From: Caedibacter taeniospiralis
Lineage (GTDB): Bacteria; Pseudomonadota; Gammaproteobacteria; Francisellales; Francisellaceae
Assembly: GCF_002803295.2 (NCBI RefSeq)
Contig: NZ_PGGB02000001.1
Location: 30,001 to 62,000, forward strand
Direction of reading: 5' to 3'
Length of the DNA stretch: 32,000 nucleotides
The notes under the pieces were generated by a model. It was not told the origin of the DNA, did not search any database, and saw only the letters and a list, made by a program, of their open reading frames with translations. The position numbers and the translations under genes are program-made. How positions within the stretch are numbered: position 1 is the first letter of the stretch; every line of letters starts with the position of its first letter. This document shows positions 30,738-32,000 of this stretch, in pieces.

Positions 30738-31991
30738 TTATCTATCTACATCGCCAAACACGATGTCTTGTGTGGCAATAATCGCTGGCACATCTGATAA
30801 CATATGACCGCTTAACATTTCATTCATCGAGCTTAAATGCGTAAACCCAGGCGCTCTGATTTTCAGGCGATAGGGTTTATTGGCGCCATCTGACACCAAA
30901 TAAATGCCAAACTCACCTTTTGGATGTTCAGTCCCTACATAAACCTCGCCTTCTGGGACGCAATAGCCCTCAGAAAACAGTTTAAAATGGTGGATTAACG
31001 CCTCCATGCTATTCTTCATCTCATCACGCCTGGGAGGTGTGACTTTATGATTTGGCGCCATAATCGGACCTTCATTGCTGCGTAACCACTCAACACATTG
31101 GCGAATAATCTTATTCGACTCGCGCATTTCAGCCATTCGCACCAGGTAGCGATCATAGCAATCACCCTTGCTACCCACAGGAATATCAAACTCCACCTCA
31201 TCATAAACATCATAAGGCTGTTTTTTGCGCAGATCCCAGGCAACGCCCGAGGCTCTTAACATGGGACCACCAAAGCCCAGCGCCTTGGCACGCTCTTTCG
31301 TAACCACGCCAATACCGACTGTGCGCTGTTTCCAGATTCTGTTATTTGTCAATAAGTTCTCATATTCATCAATGCACTTTGGAAAGCGCTCGGTGAAATC
31401 CCATATAAAGTCCAAGAGCGAACCTTGACGGTTTTTATTAATTGCTTTTAACTTGCTTTTGGAAGTAAAACGCGATTTCTCATATTTTGGCATCTGCAAA
31501 GGCAGATCACGCGCAACACCACCTGGACGGAAATAGGTCGCGTGCATTCTAGCACCCGACACGGCTTCATAGCAGTCAAATAGATCTTCACGCTCACGAA
31601 ATGCGTATAAGAACATCGTCATCGCGCCCAAATCCAGGCTATTTGCCGCGGTCCATAACAGATGATTGAGAATGCGGGTAATTTCAGCGAACATTACCCT
31701 GATATATTGCGCACGCTTTGGCACTTCAACTTGCAAAAGTTTTTCAATCGCAAGTACATACGCGTGCTCATTACACATCATCGACACATAATCCAAACGA
31801 TCCATATAGCCGATGCTTTGATTAAATGGCTTAGATTCCGCAAGCTTTTCCGTACCTCTATGTAAGAGCCCAACATGCGGATCAGCGCGAACAACTACCT
31901 CACCATCTAACTCCAATACCAGACGCAATACCCCATGAGCTGCCGGGTGCACAGGTCCAAAGTTCATCGTATAGTTTTTAAATTCAGCCAT
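30738..31991 (-). CDS. nuoD: NADH-quinone oxidoreductase subunit D
   Basis: [34 protein letters not shown]-like region, FKLRIRAPGFxHL, DIVFGDVDR end. Confidence 0.97.
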   Translation of the reverse strand: MAEFKNYTMNFGPVHPAAHGVLRLVLELDGEVVVRADPHVGLLHRGTEKLAESKPFNQSIGYMDRLDYVSMMCNEHAYVLAIEKLLQVEVPKRAQYIRVMFAEITRILNHLLWTAANSLDLGAMTMFLYAFREREDLFDCYEAVSGARMHATYFRPGGVARDLPLQMPKYEKSRFTSKSKLKAINKNRQGSLLDFIWDFTERFPKCIDEYENLLTNNRIWKQRTVGIGVVTKERAKALGFGGPMLRASGVAWDLRKKQPYDVYDEVEFDIPVGSKGDCYDRYLVRMAEMRESNKIIRQCVEWLRSNEGPIMAPNHKVTPPRRDEMKNSMEALIHHFKLFSEGYCVPEGEVYVGTEHPKGEFGIYLVSDGANKPYRLKIRAPGFTHLSSMNEMLSGHMLSDVPAIIATQDIVFGDVDR

Positions 31992-32000
31992 AGTATTCTC

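Noticed and set aside
18730-31991. Complex I operon as a novel system
   Set aside because: Gene content and order from nuoD to nuoN are canonical; only the inserted element between nuoF and nuoG is unusual.
1-32000. CRISPR array or tRNA/rRNA genes
   Set aside because: No regularly spaced direct repeats and no tRNA-like cloverleaf or rRNA segments noticed; the multi-hairpin elements lack repeat-spacer periodicity.

Overview
Gammaproteobacterial-looking chromosomal window. The right ~13 kb is a canonical minus-strand complex I operon (nuoD-E-F-G-H-I-J-K-L-M-N; nuoA-C presumably lie beyond the window). The left part carries a marR/EamA pair, dtd, serC, nadE, a YadG/YadH-like ABC exporter, an MFS transporter, a LysR regulator, topA, a HAD pyrimidine-nucleotidase-like gene and an Rpn/PD-(D/E)XK nuclease. 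The most unusual item is a single ORF (10189-13524) that joins 2-oxoacid dehydrogenase E1-alpha, E1-beta, a lipoyl-type domain and a FabH-like ketosynthase (KAS III), with no E2 acyltransferase domain. Other notable signals are a 250-bp MITE-like element with 19-bp terminal inverted repeats and an 8-bp direct repeat at the stop codon of the HAD gene. A related structured element sits inside the nuo operon between nuoF and nuoG. There is also a 34-nt group II intron domain V-like sequence without an RT ORF, and a truncated leuB N-terminus overlapping the serC start. All calls are from reading the sequence; no database searches were run.
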